From Penicillus capitatus (lineage: Eukaryota; Plantae; Chlorophyta): DNA of 64,000 nucleotides. The notes below the pieces were generated by a model. It was given only the letters and a program-made list of their open reading frames with translations. It had not been told where the DNA came from and searched no databases. Shown in pieces: positions 1 through 12,044 of the stretch (position 1 is the first letter of the stretch; each line of letters begins with the position of its first letter). Location: the NCBI GenBank assembly GCA_965649825.1, contig OZ287701.1:299101-363100 (forward strand). Reading direction: 5' to 3'. The translations under genes were made by a program, and so were the position numbers.

Positions 1-89
1 TCTGTAACTGTACGGATATATAAGGTTAGCGAGTTCCCAAACCGACAGCGGATTTTTCTTTTGTCTCCGAGTCGGAGAGTCGTTCCACG

Positions 90-2312
90 ATGTTTGCAAA
101 ACACAGAACCATCTTTTTGGCGACACTCGTTTTCGGATTCTTGCTCTGGACTCATGCACAGCCGATACCGGAAGCTCTCATGCGGTTCATAGAAGACGAG
201 GCAGACTATGTTCTTGGGCTGGCAGAGAACGCCACGGCCTTGTTCAACAACAGAACTCGCCTCATTGAGGAATGCGAGTGTTCGAAGTATGCTTGTTCCA
301 ATGACTTCGATGACGCCGCGTGCGTTGATTACGTCGAGCGGTATCCACTCTGCGACCTCGACGGCCGTCGATTCGATTTTCTCAAATCCGTTTTTCGCTT
401 CCCGCCTGGAACAAACATGGCCAACCTTACCAACGAACTGAAGCAAAGCCTCTGCGTGTATCGACACATGGAAGATTACGTTATAGAGCACGGAGGCCCG
501 AGATACCTCACGACATACATCGGTACAAACCGTCGCCCTTTTTGACTAACTGAGTGGATTGCTGAGTCAGGAACCGTTGATGGACACATGCGCCTGTTTC
601 CCGGCATTCCTCGAGAGCGTTACTTGGTGAATGGAACGGAGGATGAATACGAGTGTCAACCGTACGACCCTCGGTTACGACCATGGTTCATCAGGGCCAG
701 TACAGGACCGAAAGATATTGTCTTCGTTATCGACAAATCTGCATCTATGAACCGTACTGTGGACCCCTGGGGAACAACGACCAAATGGGATCTCGTTCGC
801 AATGCTGTGGCTAAGATGTTGAGGACGTTGACATTTACAGATTTTGTCAACATTGTCCTTTTCTCAGATGATGCCACAACTGTATGGAACAGCTCGAGCC
901 TCGCCAGAGCGACGAACGCCAGTATCTGGAATATGACGGAGACACTGATGCAGGAGACCCCACACGGCAACACACATTTCAAAAATGCTTTTGAGAAAGC
1001 ATTCGATTTGCTATGGAAGGATTGTGATGGAATTGAAGACCCCCCGTGCTCGAACTGTGAGAAGGTCATCCTGTTTCTAACGGATGGAAGAGACACGTCA
1101 GTAGACGGAAAGAGTATCAAGCCTTCCGAAATGGCCGATGTCATCGAAAGGCAACAGAGCATTCTAAAGAGAAAGACTACCAAGAAAGCAACCATCTTTA
1201 CATTCTCTATGTCCGATCAAGCCGACGATGCCATACCGAGACAGATAGCTTGTGCCAATGGCGGAGCTTGGACATACATTGGCTTAGACACGGATCCCCT
1301 TGATGCTCTGAACTCGTATTACCTGTACATGGCAGCAGGGATGGCGAGCAGCAAGCCCATCTGGATCGAACCTTATGAAGATGCGAGTGGTCTGGGTACA
1401 GTGACGACGGTGGCTGTGCCATTTCATGCAAAATACGGAGACAGTAACGTGGACATCTTTCTGGGCGTCGTTGGGCATCAGGTTCTCTTCGATGAACTGC
1501 GCCACGGGGAGTTCACAGAGACGCAAGTCCTCGATGCCCTCATTGAACTTTCGGAGGACTGTGCATTCTTCTCTGAGGAGGAGGCGCCATGTAAGCTTCA
1601 GATCTACAGACACGCCGAGAGTGATCTATCCGTCTGCACCGATCCTTTTCCAACAGTCAGTAAAGAGGAAGACGGGGACGAAAAAGCCGAAGGGGGCGAT
1701 CAAAAGAAAACACAACGGTCTTCTGTCCTTTGCTATGAATACAACAACGATTTCTACAGAAGATCGCTGGTAAAAGTTGATTGGCAGAGAGCCGTCGAAA
1801 GATGTGAAGAGGAAGGCGGGGAGCTGGTGAGCATCAAGGATGAAGAAGAGCTTGCCTTTCTGTCAAGTCTCGCCTCCATCGATGCATCGTGGATCGGTTT
1901 GGAAAAGATATCGAGGGAAGATTTCAGGTGGCTGGACGATCGCTTGTCCAACATCCAAAGAGATTCCGACTTCTGGGGACTTCAGGAGCCGGTATTCACT
2001 ACTGGGACTGAGAGATGCGCTGCCATCGATTCTCGCGGCGTCATCGGAAATCTGTGTGCAAGGAAATGCAGCGAAAAGCATTCTTACATCTGCAAATTCC
2101 AAGCAGATGAGCCATGCAATGGAAACATAGGCGAGCGTCCGGAAGAAGGTTATTTCAAGATTCCTCCTTTGTCAGTCTGCGGTGACACTATCGCAGACTT
2201 TGGTATACACCTTCCGGACTCTGGTGTGGAGAATCTGACGTCCGATGACCTCATTTGTCCCCTTGGTTACCCACCCAAAAGCAATGAGGAGGTGATCTGC
2301 TGCGCCCCTTAA
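90..2312 (+). CDS. Secreted alpha2delta/CACHD-like protein: signal peptide, VWA (MIDAS), Cache-like segment, C-type lectin domain; join(90..522,571..2312)
   Basis: N-terminal hydrophobic signal. A 48-nt GT..AG intron (523-570, CTAAC branch site) joins the two ORFs in frame as YIG|TVDGHMRLFPG. Motifs: YDPRLRPWF, DIVFVIDKSAS (DxSxS), GNTHF, LFLTDG, WIEPYEDASGLG..TVAVP, FLGVVG. CTLD pattern: W..A...C...GGELVSI, WIGL, CAAI, YICK. No C-terminal TM segment. Confidence 0.85.
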
Positions 2313-3068
2313 GATCCATGCATGAACACACTTGCTGTATCCTTGACCGACGCAAATCGCAAGGACGTCGTAACACGGAACTAAAATGATTTGCACTGAT
2401 TTTTGTTGTTTTTGCTATTTCAGTTGTTCTCCATCGAAGCATATGTCTTGCCTAATCGATGGTCTTTTGTGCTGGACTGAGCAGCAAAGGGACGCTGTCG
2501 GTCGGGGTGTTGTTAAGAACAAGGTTTAAGCTAGTTGATTGGCAACTGTCGTCTCAGTAGCATCTTCCTGGAGAAAGGAAGTAACAGCGTAGCTGTCTTA
2601 ATCTATCAAGTGCCTATGAAAAGACATCTCTATACATCGCATGCTCAGCCGTTGGTCTAAACGCGCAGTGCAACTGATTTGATCCGTGGTAAGGGGATTC
2701 TGCGCCGGCGGCACGTCAGGAACAATCGCCAATCCATCCTCGCATCAGTAAACGTTCCGTCCAGCGATACTTACATAAGGACATCCATTCATCAAATCGT
2801 TCTTTGTCAAATACAGAGGAGCAGTCAGTTTCCTCACTTTTGCCCATCTCAAAACGATCCCTGCCAAAACGGCTTATGAATTCCCAGTCGATCCAAACGA
2901 AAGATTGCGCAATGTAAAAAACAGATAGCGAAGGCTTTCATCGATGTGCGCCGTTCATACGACGGCAGGAACTCTTAAGGGGGTGTCAAAAGAGATATCA
3001 TCGAGTCTTGTTATTATGAATTTGACAAACACCGACGTTCCCTACGTCATCGACGTCGAAAGTGATTT

Positions 3069-6000
3069 TCAGACGTCACCAAGATCCACTCGATGACTCG
3101 GATGCACACGCAGAGAGAGTTGAATCTCATTGCGTACTTCGGACTCGTCTGTCTCATCAGGGTCTGTCGTCACACCGTGCAAGGTCTGAATTAGCTTGTG
3201 GACTTTGATACAAAGACTGAAAAGGCCTATGCTATTCTCATACGTTGCCAGAAACGAAGGATTATGAACCTGCAGCTTCAAATCCACAAAAACGTGCAAC
3301 CCGGCATACAGGCGAAACACAATATAGACAAAGAACAGGACATTTGCAACGAGCGATATGACGCTTACGAATACGCGACCCAGATGAGAACAGTCATCGT
3401 CCTGCAGAACAATTGCTGAATAGAAAACACTTGCGGATGACGCCAGTGATGCCGCTTCCAGGATGTTGAGATTGACGGCGTTGTTGAAATCCACTAAGTG
3501 CTTGGCTAACTTTGGCATGTGCATACGGTAAAAAATGCTTCCTGTGTACTCTGGTACGAGGTGCTGACCATCCGTTGCCTTGAAGGGAGAGAACATGGCT
3601 TGCAGGGCAAGAGCAACGGTGAGTATTCCAGTGCACACGGAGGCTTGGAGAATGGGATTCATGTGAACAGAGAACACAACGGCGGCTGCGATCATGCACT
3701 TCCTCGAGAGGACCATGGACTCCCAAGCGACGGTGTACCACTCTCCTCTGTAGGCCTGGTAGACGAACCAGTAACGCGAGACGAATGTCGTCCGAGTCCT
3801 GCGCTTCCTGTTGAGCGGCAGCCAGAGGATGATGGTGAAAATGCCAGCGAGCGAGAAGACTAGACCAGCGATGCCCAGGATTCCAACGGCGCGGTGCGAT
3901 CCTTCGTAGCACTCGAGTGCTGTATCCTCTGCCCAGATCTTCTTCTCGACAGCCTCGGTGGCATAGAGGAGATATGGATGCTCCGGCGAAACCTCCTCTC
4001 CAACATGCAGGGATAAGCAGTTGATGGCCCTCATGAACTCTCTGACGACGTCGATGTAGGAGAACTGCATGGAAACGATGCAGATGACGATGACGGAAGT
4101 AACAAAGCGCTCGGGAGAGAATCGCGATTGCTGTATCGCCCTCGTCAGTCGAAGTCTTATCTGCCAGAGAAGGAAATATAGCGAGAATATCAGCACCATG
4201 GCAACCAGCACAATCCACGGTGTGCTCATCCTCAACCACATGGCGGCGATGGATGCAGGAACATTTCTCCCTCCGAAGTTGCACTCGTATGGAGTGAAGA
4301 CGAATGTCGTCAATGATCCAATCAAGCTGGCTGAAAAGCAACACATACGATAGACAAACATTCTCAGAACACTGCAGCATACCGTGGAACTGTAGCAGTG
4401 CCTCCATCATCCCGTTCCATTCCATCTGCAATCTCACTGCAGCACCAGTGACTTGCAGGTAATTAATCAGCACCTGAGAGACGGATATCACACATCAGGA
4501 CTCAAATTCAAACAGACCTTCAGGGTCTCCGTCATCACAACAGTCGTTAGGAGCTCCTGTTCCAGAATCGACTGCAGCTGTGTGTCCATGTCCTCCATGC
4601 TGGCAGTGGTACCTAGACAGAGCATTTGTTGATGAGGCTCCTCATGGATTGACGGAGCTGCACGCACCGCTTTGTCCCTGAAGCATGGCGCTGTGGACGG
4701 CGCTGTTGCGAACTGGAGGAGCTCTCTGGAGGGTTCTGCGTTCGTTCCTGGCCGCCATTCTTGTCTCGTACTTGACCAGAGCGACCCTCGCTCCAGTGGA
4801 CATCAACGTGACGGTGCAGTTGATGCCGATGAGCACGAAAAGCCATAGAACGGTCAGGAAGAGCCGAGATCCAGTCGTGCTCTTCTCCTCTGGGCATTTC
4901 TTGCACTCGCCGTTGTACGAATGCCCGTATCCATCCTGACAGGATCCGCACAGCGGCCCTTCGTATCCCTCTGAGCACTGCTGGTAGTCCGCGAGGTAGG
5001 GATCGCGATTTTCCTGTCCATCAAAGCTTGTGTTCATCTGATCCAGTATCGCGCTCAGGGCAGATGTATCGTTGTAGAACTCTGTGAGTCTCTTCCTTCT
5101 GTCCTCGTACCGACAGGCTTCTGCATAGATGCATTTGTGGAAGACAGGCGAGAACGGCGTGGAATGCCAGTATCCCTCCGCAGGGATGAGGACAGCACCG
5201 CCGGGGCACTCCGCATTTCTCTCACAGCCATGGCAGTCGTCCCGAGATGGAGAACAACTGTACTGGTCCGCGGGACAGTCGTCACATACGTCGGCGCGGG
5301 TGATTTCGCCAGGATAGCACTCCCTCGTTGTCAGCAGGAGGGTGACATTGATGCTGTGGTCGCTCTCGCTAACGATCGTCAGCGTGCTGTTTAGACTGAT
5401 GCCCCACGCTCTTGTGTTGTTAATGAATGCGATTCCATTCTCGGCCTTGTATCTGCTATCGCCGACGATATCATGTGACATCAGACCGATTTCCAGACTG
5501 GCGTCTTCGATGCCTTCAGTGATGGTGTTGTTGAAGATGTCCTTGACGTGTACGCGCAACTGTTGGCTGCACGACGCATTGGAAGCGTCTGGGCATGGCA
5601 CTTCCAAGAGATCTCCGCTGGCGTTGCGCTTCAGGCGATTGCTTCCACCCTCGATATGGAGTGCAACAGCTCGTGTCCCGGCATCGGAGGGAGCGCCCGT
5701 CTCGTCTGTGTTTCCTTCGACGTTAACACAACACGCGGATGGCTGTGTCGATGCGTTAGCGGCTGAGAAAGCCGCTTCTGCATAACACGCCTTCTCCGTC
5801 GGTCCGCAGGCAGCGACAATGCCTTTTGGATCGGATAAGTACACGCCTCCAGCGAACTGTGCTTTGTTCCTTGTCACGTTCACGTGGTGGAACTCGAATT
5901 TCTGGCAGGTGTCGAAACCAAACGCATGAGGAAAGCACGAGGCGAATCTTTCGGTTCTCTCGTTCCAGAAAAGATCTGTCATTTCAGACGACACTCCACC

Positions 6001-8262
6001 TGAATCGTACGTCAGTTGTTAAGCAAGCGTCATCCTCGTAGATGTCTCACCTCCGACGACGGCCTCGTTTTCCGTGAATGACAGGTTCTTAAACATGATC
6101 TCTACGGCAGCAAATGGCCGTACACTGAAAAGGGCCAAACTGATTCCACCGCCGTTGCCTTCAGTGGCATACGAACGAAAGCTCACAGACGAGAAGGCGG
6201 ATCCGAGTCGCTCCTCGAGATCTGGCACTTCGATTCCAGCGAACAGGTGAGACGTATGCACACTGCTATCCTGGATAAGACCTTTAATTTCGGGATTTGA
6301 CGCAGACAGAGCCCTGTTTGCGACGAAGTCCGTGTTTTCTACCTGCGCCGTATACACGAACACAGTTCAGATCACGGCGAATATGGATCTTTCTCACCGT
6401 AAACTCAAAGAAGGGACTTTCGCCAGTTTCGTAGTCGACACCGCCTCCAACAGATGCAGTGTTGTTTGCGATAATTGTCCGTTGACTGTCGCTTGACGTC
6501 ACGTTGATCGCTGATACGCCGAGGAAGCTCATCCCGCCGCCAGCAATAGCACGGTTGTTCTCGACTTGAATTCCGCGAAGAAGCACTTCGGCGTCTGTAT
6601 TAAGCACGCGAAGACCGCCGCCGTTGCCACGGTAAGCGGTATTGTTCCGAAGGATGAGTGCTGTCAAATTCACGGAACCTGTACAGCCATAACATGTGAG
6701 TAGCACTTGTGCAGGACATGTAACTACTGTCGAAATGCGCGTGTATACCCCCGCCAGCAATACTCGCCGTGTTTTCTTCGAACAGACTCTTAGCCGAAGG
6801 ATCGTCCGGGTGCTCGGCGATTATCAAAGTGGCGCCCCAGTTGTAGAGTGCTCCGCCGTGCACAGACTTGTTGCGCACAAAGGTGGAATTCACCACACTT
6901 GTGCGGCATCGTGTCAACGTCGCAGCGCCGCCCACGATCAACGCAACGTTCTCTCGAAACTGACAGGAGTTCACTCGGTGCTCTGCACTGGATTTATGCG
7001 TCGATCGGAAACTGATCGCACCACCACCCCGAGCGTAGTTTTCGACGAAGGTGGAATTCTCAAGTGCCGCCTCGACGAGTGTCTCGCCCAGCGATTCTCC
7101 CGACAGGGCGCCTCCGACGCAACACGTATCGCTGAAGAATGCCACGTAGAGAGCGCGGCGTTGCGATCCACACAACGCACTGTTGTTCTGGAAATGCGAA
7201 CCTGCGACGCGGAAGACACAGCCAGTTTCGTTGCCCAACGGCGTACGATGGTGTATGGCGGCAATACCACCGCCTCCCTGGCAACCCACGTTGCCTTTGA
7301 AGTCGGAATCTTCGACGTCCAGACCAATAGCACCACAGACAAAGACGGCGCCGCCTTTGCCGATAATTGTCGGCATCTCGGTCCTCATCATACAGGGCGA
7401 TGCGTTTGTCGCATTCGGCACGTTGCCTTCTCCACTGGCGTCGTTGTTTGTAAAGCTCGATACACGGATCCTCACGTTTGCCCTCTTTGTACTGTCAAAG
7501 TACAATGCCCCGCCAGCCAGCCGCGCGGAGTTGTTTCCAAAAGAGCTGCGGCGAATGGAGACGTCGACATCTTGTGCAAACACGGCGCCGCCAATTGCCG
7601 CTCGGTTCTGGATGAAGCGACAGGAACGGAAGCGAAGCTCAGGTAGAGGAAAAGCGTCTTCTGTACGGCCTATCGCTCGAACAGCGCCGCCGTAATGCTC
7701 GTCATAGATCCCGCCGTTGTCCACGAATTCCACCTTTTTAAAAGTGACAACAGCCCTCGACGCATCTCTTCGTTGCGGGAATTCGACGCTCACGACAGAA
7801 CGGCCTCGACAGTCGGAGAATCTCAGTGAAGCGATCGTCACGTTCTCGCCCCTGCGTCGATCTCTGTGTGAAACATAGAACGATGACAGCATTTGACGCA
7901 CTTGATGTGAACGGCGCTGCCAGTGCCATTTCGCGGACAACGCAGAAAGGTGCCGCGTTCGATACCCCTGATGGAAACGTCGGACGCGTTGATGACCAGC
8001 GTCTCCGTCAAAAGCATCTCCGCCGCAATCACTATCACGGCGTTGCCTCGGTTCGTGCCTCGCACCCGTTCTCGAAGTTCCCCTTCCGTCTCGACAACTT
8101 CGTTCCAGCTTTCTCGCTGTTGCAGATGACGCGAATGGCACAGGACTAAGAACAAACGCACTCGGTTTTTCTTCCCGCCACTCTCCGGACCGTTTCATTA
8201 CTCTGGGGAATGGTGGAGAGACAAATAGCCGTGACGCAGAAGACGTGGATGAGCCGTAGCAT
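3069..8262 (-). CDS. Multi-exon surface receptor-like protein: signal peptide, Pmp-like parallel beta-helix repeats, Cys-rich region, about 8-9 TM segments (copy 1)
   Basis: ATG at 8262 gives MLRLIHVFCVTAICLSTIPQS. Consecutive minus-strand ORFs are separated by short GT-AG introns. GGA(I/V/L) and FxxNxA repeats, CPGG..GYW and CSEGYEGPLCGSC..GYG Cys motifs, TM region with VLINYLQVTG, WAEDTALECY and FVYQAYRGEWY..WE. Some 5' splice junctions are not resolved exactly. Confidence 0.8.
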
Positions 8263-10265
8263 CTTTGGGGTTTTGAAACCCGTGGCGTTAAGAGTAGACA
8301 GGAGTGATAGTATATTAGTACCACGAAAGTGGTTGTTGCTTCCGGATAGAGAGAAAAGCTACTGCAGGGATAGACAGGTAGTAGGTACGGATTCTGATGA
8401 ACTCCTTTAGAGTTATTACCAATAGACCTTCGCCGAAGCTGACGCGTCTATGAAGGGACTGCCACTAGGCCATATGTTGAGCTCAAAGAGGGAGATTCCC
8501 CGAAGAACGACGCGTGGTAGCTGCCGTCTTCGAGCACTGTACACGCGCCAAGCACTCCTGCCGACCCCATTCGTTTCTGAAGGTGAGTTAAAGGCATTCA
8601 ACGACAGGACAACAGATGAGATTCGTATCCAGTGCGAAGAAGTGACAATGTACTGCGGTACGTGATGGCACGGATAGATCGAAGGCAAAGAGGTAAGTCT
8701 AAGAGCAGCGACGGTGTCCGGTGGGAAGGCTCAATGTACGATGGGGATGAGTAGACAAGCACACCAGTCATTACGCATCCACAGCAGATTTACTTTTTGA
8801 CGATTCCGATTTCGGCTTCAGAATGAGGACGTGGGAGATAGCTACATCACACATAGGTCCCCGTGCAGCTACGGCCTACTTCAGGCTGAGATCAGATCTA
8901 TTCCACGAACAGACGATCTCGTTCATGATCCGTTGACGATCAAACGGCTTTGCCGAAATCCAGAAGTGTTAGAGGCAAACGGTGGAGACATCCAAATGAC
9001 GCCATGGTGAAAGGGGCAGCGCATATGGTGCTGCAGCTGGAATGCCTCAGGGCATGCCATTTCGGTTGATCTTCAATTGTCATGCAAAGATTGCAATGGA
9101 TTTGTTTTTCATGATCTCTGTCTCTATTTTTGTGGCGAGTCAGTCCTTCATAGAGTGGGAAGGACGTTGACAGATGGGCGATATCTGCAGCAACAACTGC
9201 GTGCTTCTGTCTTGTACCGTTGTCTGTATGTCAGCGGGCATCGCCAATCCGACTCGGACAAACGGTCGACTTCAGTGCGGAGCTGCGATAGCTTCAGGGT
9301 ATATGCCCGCGGGTCGACGGATAAACCCTCCATCCCATTATCGCGAATTCGAACAACGTTGCTATTATTCATTGCATTACTGTCGTCGTGAATTGTTTCC
9401 ATCAAGCAGCTCTTGTGCAGACAGCTCTCTTTTTGCAGAGATCCCGTTAACTCTTTCTACGTAGTCTTGCGACGTGACTTGCGTAACCGAGTCGGGACGA
9501 TTAGCGAAAGACAAAAAACCAGATTCACAACGGCAGGTAAATGAGGTCTCTACTTAGAGGTTACATAGTTGTGCCAAACTCAAAACTACTTACTCTATAT
9601 CAATGAAACACATGGCTTGAGATGCGAGATGTAAGAGGCGGAGCTCGGACGACTCTTTGCTCCACTATCCACGTTCATAGCCCACGCCATAGCAGCAGTT
9701 TGGATAATCCTGTCATGCTTAGAACTCCGTTCAAGAGGATAGATCAACAGAATCTCTCTCGGGCAAACTACGGACAGGTATCGACGAGGATCGCTCATTG
9801 TATGGTCAAGAAGACGCTCTGCAACGTGGAGCAAGACGATTTTATAGGGTTTACTTGCCCTTTTCTATACAGATACCTCTCGCTACCAGTGTTACGACAC
9901 CACGACATCCAATGCATCCTTGTGCGAGCTTTCTGTTAAACTCAAAGCCAAGATGCTTTTGACGGTTCTGGTGCAGGGTGATGGCCACCTGTGGTCCTGT
10001 CGAGACGACATGGTCTGCAGGGAGCGACGGTGAGAACTTCATCACGCACAGAGGGCGGAGAACGGGATTCGTGTGTGTCTATGAAAATCAGAACCTAATA
10101 AACCTTCTTTCTTGTTGCTTCTGACGTGACAGCCATGTCAAAAAAAACGTCGACTATTACAAACAAAAGCAGAAACTTAGTCTCAGTCTTAGTCAATGTT
10201 ACCACATGACAACGAACGCAGCAAACAGTCCAGAACGGAAGGTACGAATTCGAAGACCCAGAGAA

Positions 10266-11315
10266 TCAAGACACCATTTCATCAACGGCAGGGGGCGAGC
10301 CAGGACACGTCCAAGAGTTTGACAGTGCACTGATGTCGACATCTCCCTCATCGACGGTCTTCTCTTCTGCATCTTCGGCCTCCGTTGTTTCCTTTTCTGC
10401 ATCCTCGGCCTCCGACTTGTCCGACTTATATAGATTCTCGGTGATTGTCTCGCGACACTCTTCTCCCAGATCCCTGTCCACTCTCTCTGTCTTTGTCGCT
10501 TCCAGCTCCTTCATGAGCTTCTCGATCTGATCCTTCATATCAGCCAATTCATGGCCACCTCTCGCCTCGGCATTGATTCTTTCCTTTGTCGCTGTCAGAG
10601 TTCCGAGGGCAGATTTCCACAAACGAACCCCAGGCAAGGAACTGAATGCGTGAACAGCAAACGTCATTCTTTGCTGCACCATATCAAAGTCAAGGACGAT
10701 CCAGGCGATGCAGTTGTAGATGCACAAAACAACGAACAATCCCAAAGCGGTCGACCACAAACCCCCTATGATTCCTGTGATCCAGCCAAGTCCATCGAGC
10801 ACTGCAGACTGCACCGATTGCAGGAACTGATAGAAGCCTTCCGACAACATGTGCCAGATCATGTGAGAACAGCAGACGGTGTCTTGGCAGCCCTCCACAA
10901 TGATGACCTTCTCATCAGGTTCGGAAGATTCTCCACAGAACAGCGCCTTCCACGATCGTTTCTTCTGGGCCGACGGAAGGCTTCCCTCGTAAATGGTGTC
11001 GTAGCCTTTTGCCTTCGCTTTTTCTTCTCGGAGCCTTTCCTTCAAGGTCAGGATCTCTTGTGTGAGGTAGACGGATCGAGATCGCAGTGTCTTTATGTTG
11101 TTCATCAGCTGAACGATGTTCAGACCGGACGCTTGAAACGCTTTGATGGCTTCGTTTGTCTCGGCGTCGTCTTTGCACGAATTTCTCTCTTCGTGATCGT
11201 CGTGTTCCTTTTGAAGCGTCTTTTCGTGCGAGGATGCGACAACAATCGAAAACACGCAAATGCACAAGAGCAAGAAAAGGGTAGAGTCAATTGCTCTTCT
11301 TCCGCAGATTGCCAT
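10266..11315 (-). CDS. Intronless orphan membrane protein: signal peptide, coiled coil, central hydrophobic/TM segment, second coiled coil, acidic tail
   Basis: The ATG at 11315 lies within the 411-aa ORF and is followed by LFLLLCICVFSIVVA. Heptad-like E/K/L-rich stretches, hydrophobic GLGWITGIIGGLWSTALGLFVVLCIYNCIAWIV, EAEDAE repeats. No family recognised. Confidence 0.6.
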   Translation of the reverse strand: MAICGRRAIDSTLFLLLCICVFSIVVASSHEKTLQKEHDDHEERNSCKDDAETNEAIKAFQASGLNIVQLMNNIKTLRSRSVYLTQEILTLKERLREEKAKAKGYDTIYEGSLPSAQKKRSWKALFCGESSEPDEKVIIVEGCQDTVCCSHMIWHMLSEGFYQFLQSVQSAVLDGLGWITGIIGGLWSTALGLFVVLCIYNCIAWIVLDFDMVQQRMTFAVHAFSSLPGVRLWKSALGTLTATKERINAEARGGHELADMKDQIEKLMKELEATKTERVDRDLGEECRETITENLYKSDKSEAEDAEKETTEAEDAEEKTVDEGDVDISALSNSWTCPGSPPAVDEMVS

Positions 11316-12044
11316 CGTTGCGAGTGCTTTCGGTGTGGATAGACTTAGTTTTTTGTACGGCTTGGCAAACTGTTTGCTGCTTAAGTCGAATCGGAAACAA
11401 AATGCTTCGAAACGTAAAACACGTGACAGTCGCGAAAGATGTCGGATGGCACAGGCGAAGAGGAGACTATCGTTTGGAAGCCGAGTTGCCTGAAGACGCA
11501 AGCGAACGCGAAACGTTGGAAGCTAAAACCTCTATCCATCTTCTATGTCGCCAATCTTGATGTGACTGGCCAGTCATGAGATTATCGAAGCGTTTTCGTT
11601 CTAGATTCGCTTATTTGAGGCCTATCACACAGTGGCCGAAAAGTTCACACCTTTGTATCTTGCTTTTCGCAGGTGAATTGAAAGAGTGATTGGGTCAGGC
11701 GACACAGAGATCGTAGAGTTGTTCAAGTACTTCTTTTCGTCTAACGCTCAGCGAGACGGACAGTTGACACAAATGTATCTTTGTGATCTTGCACACGCTA
11801 ATGTGGACGATCGGGTGATCACAGAGCCGAACTGTACGCTGACTCACGACCATATCGTCATCTCGAGAGCGTGGATCAGCTCCAGAATTGCCACTCTATC
11901 ACAGCTTTCCCTTTGAATTGTTGCTATTCTCGTAGATGAGCGAAACGCTCGACAGGTCTTGTCGCGGTAGCAAGAATCCAGCGAAATGTTGTCATTAAGC
12001 TGCCAGCCGATGCAAGACTCGCACCGTTGCGTTTGGCACGCTTA

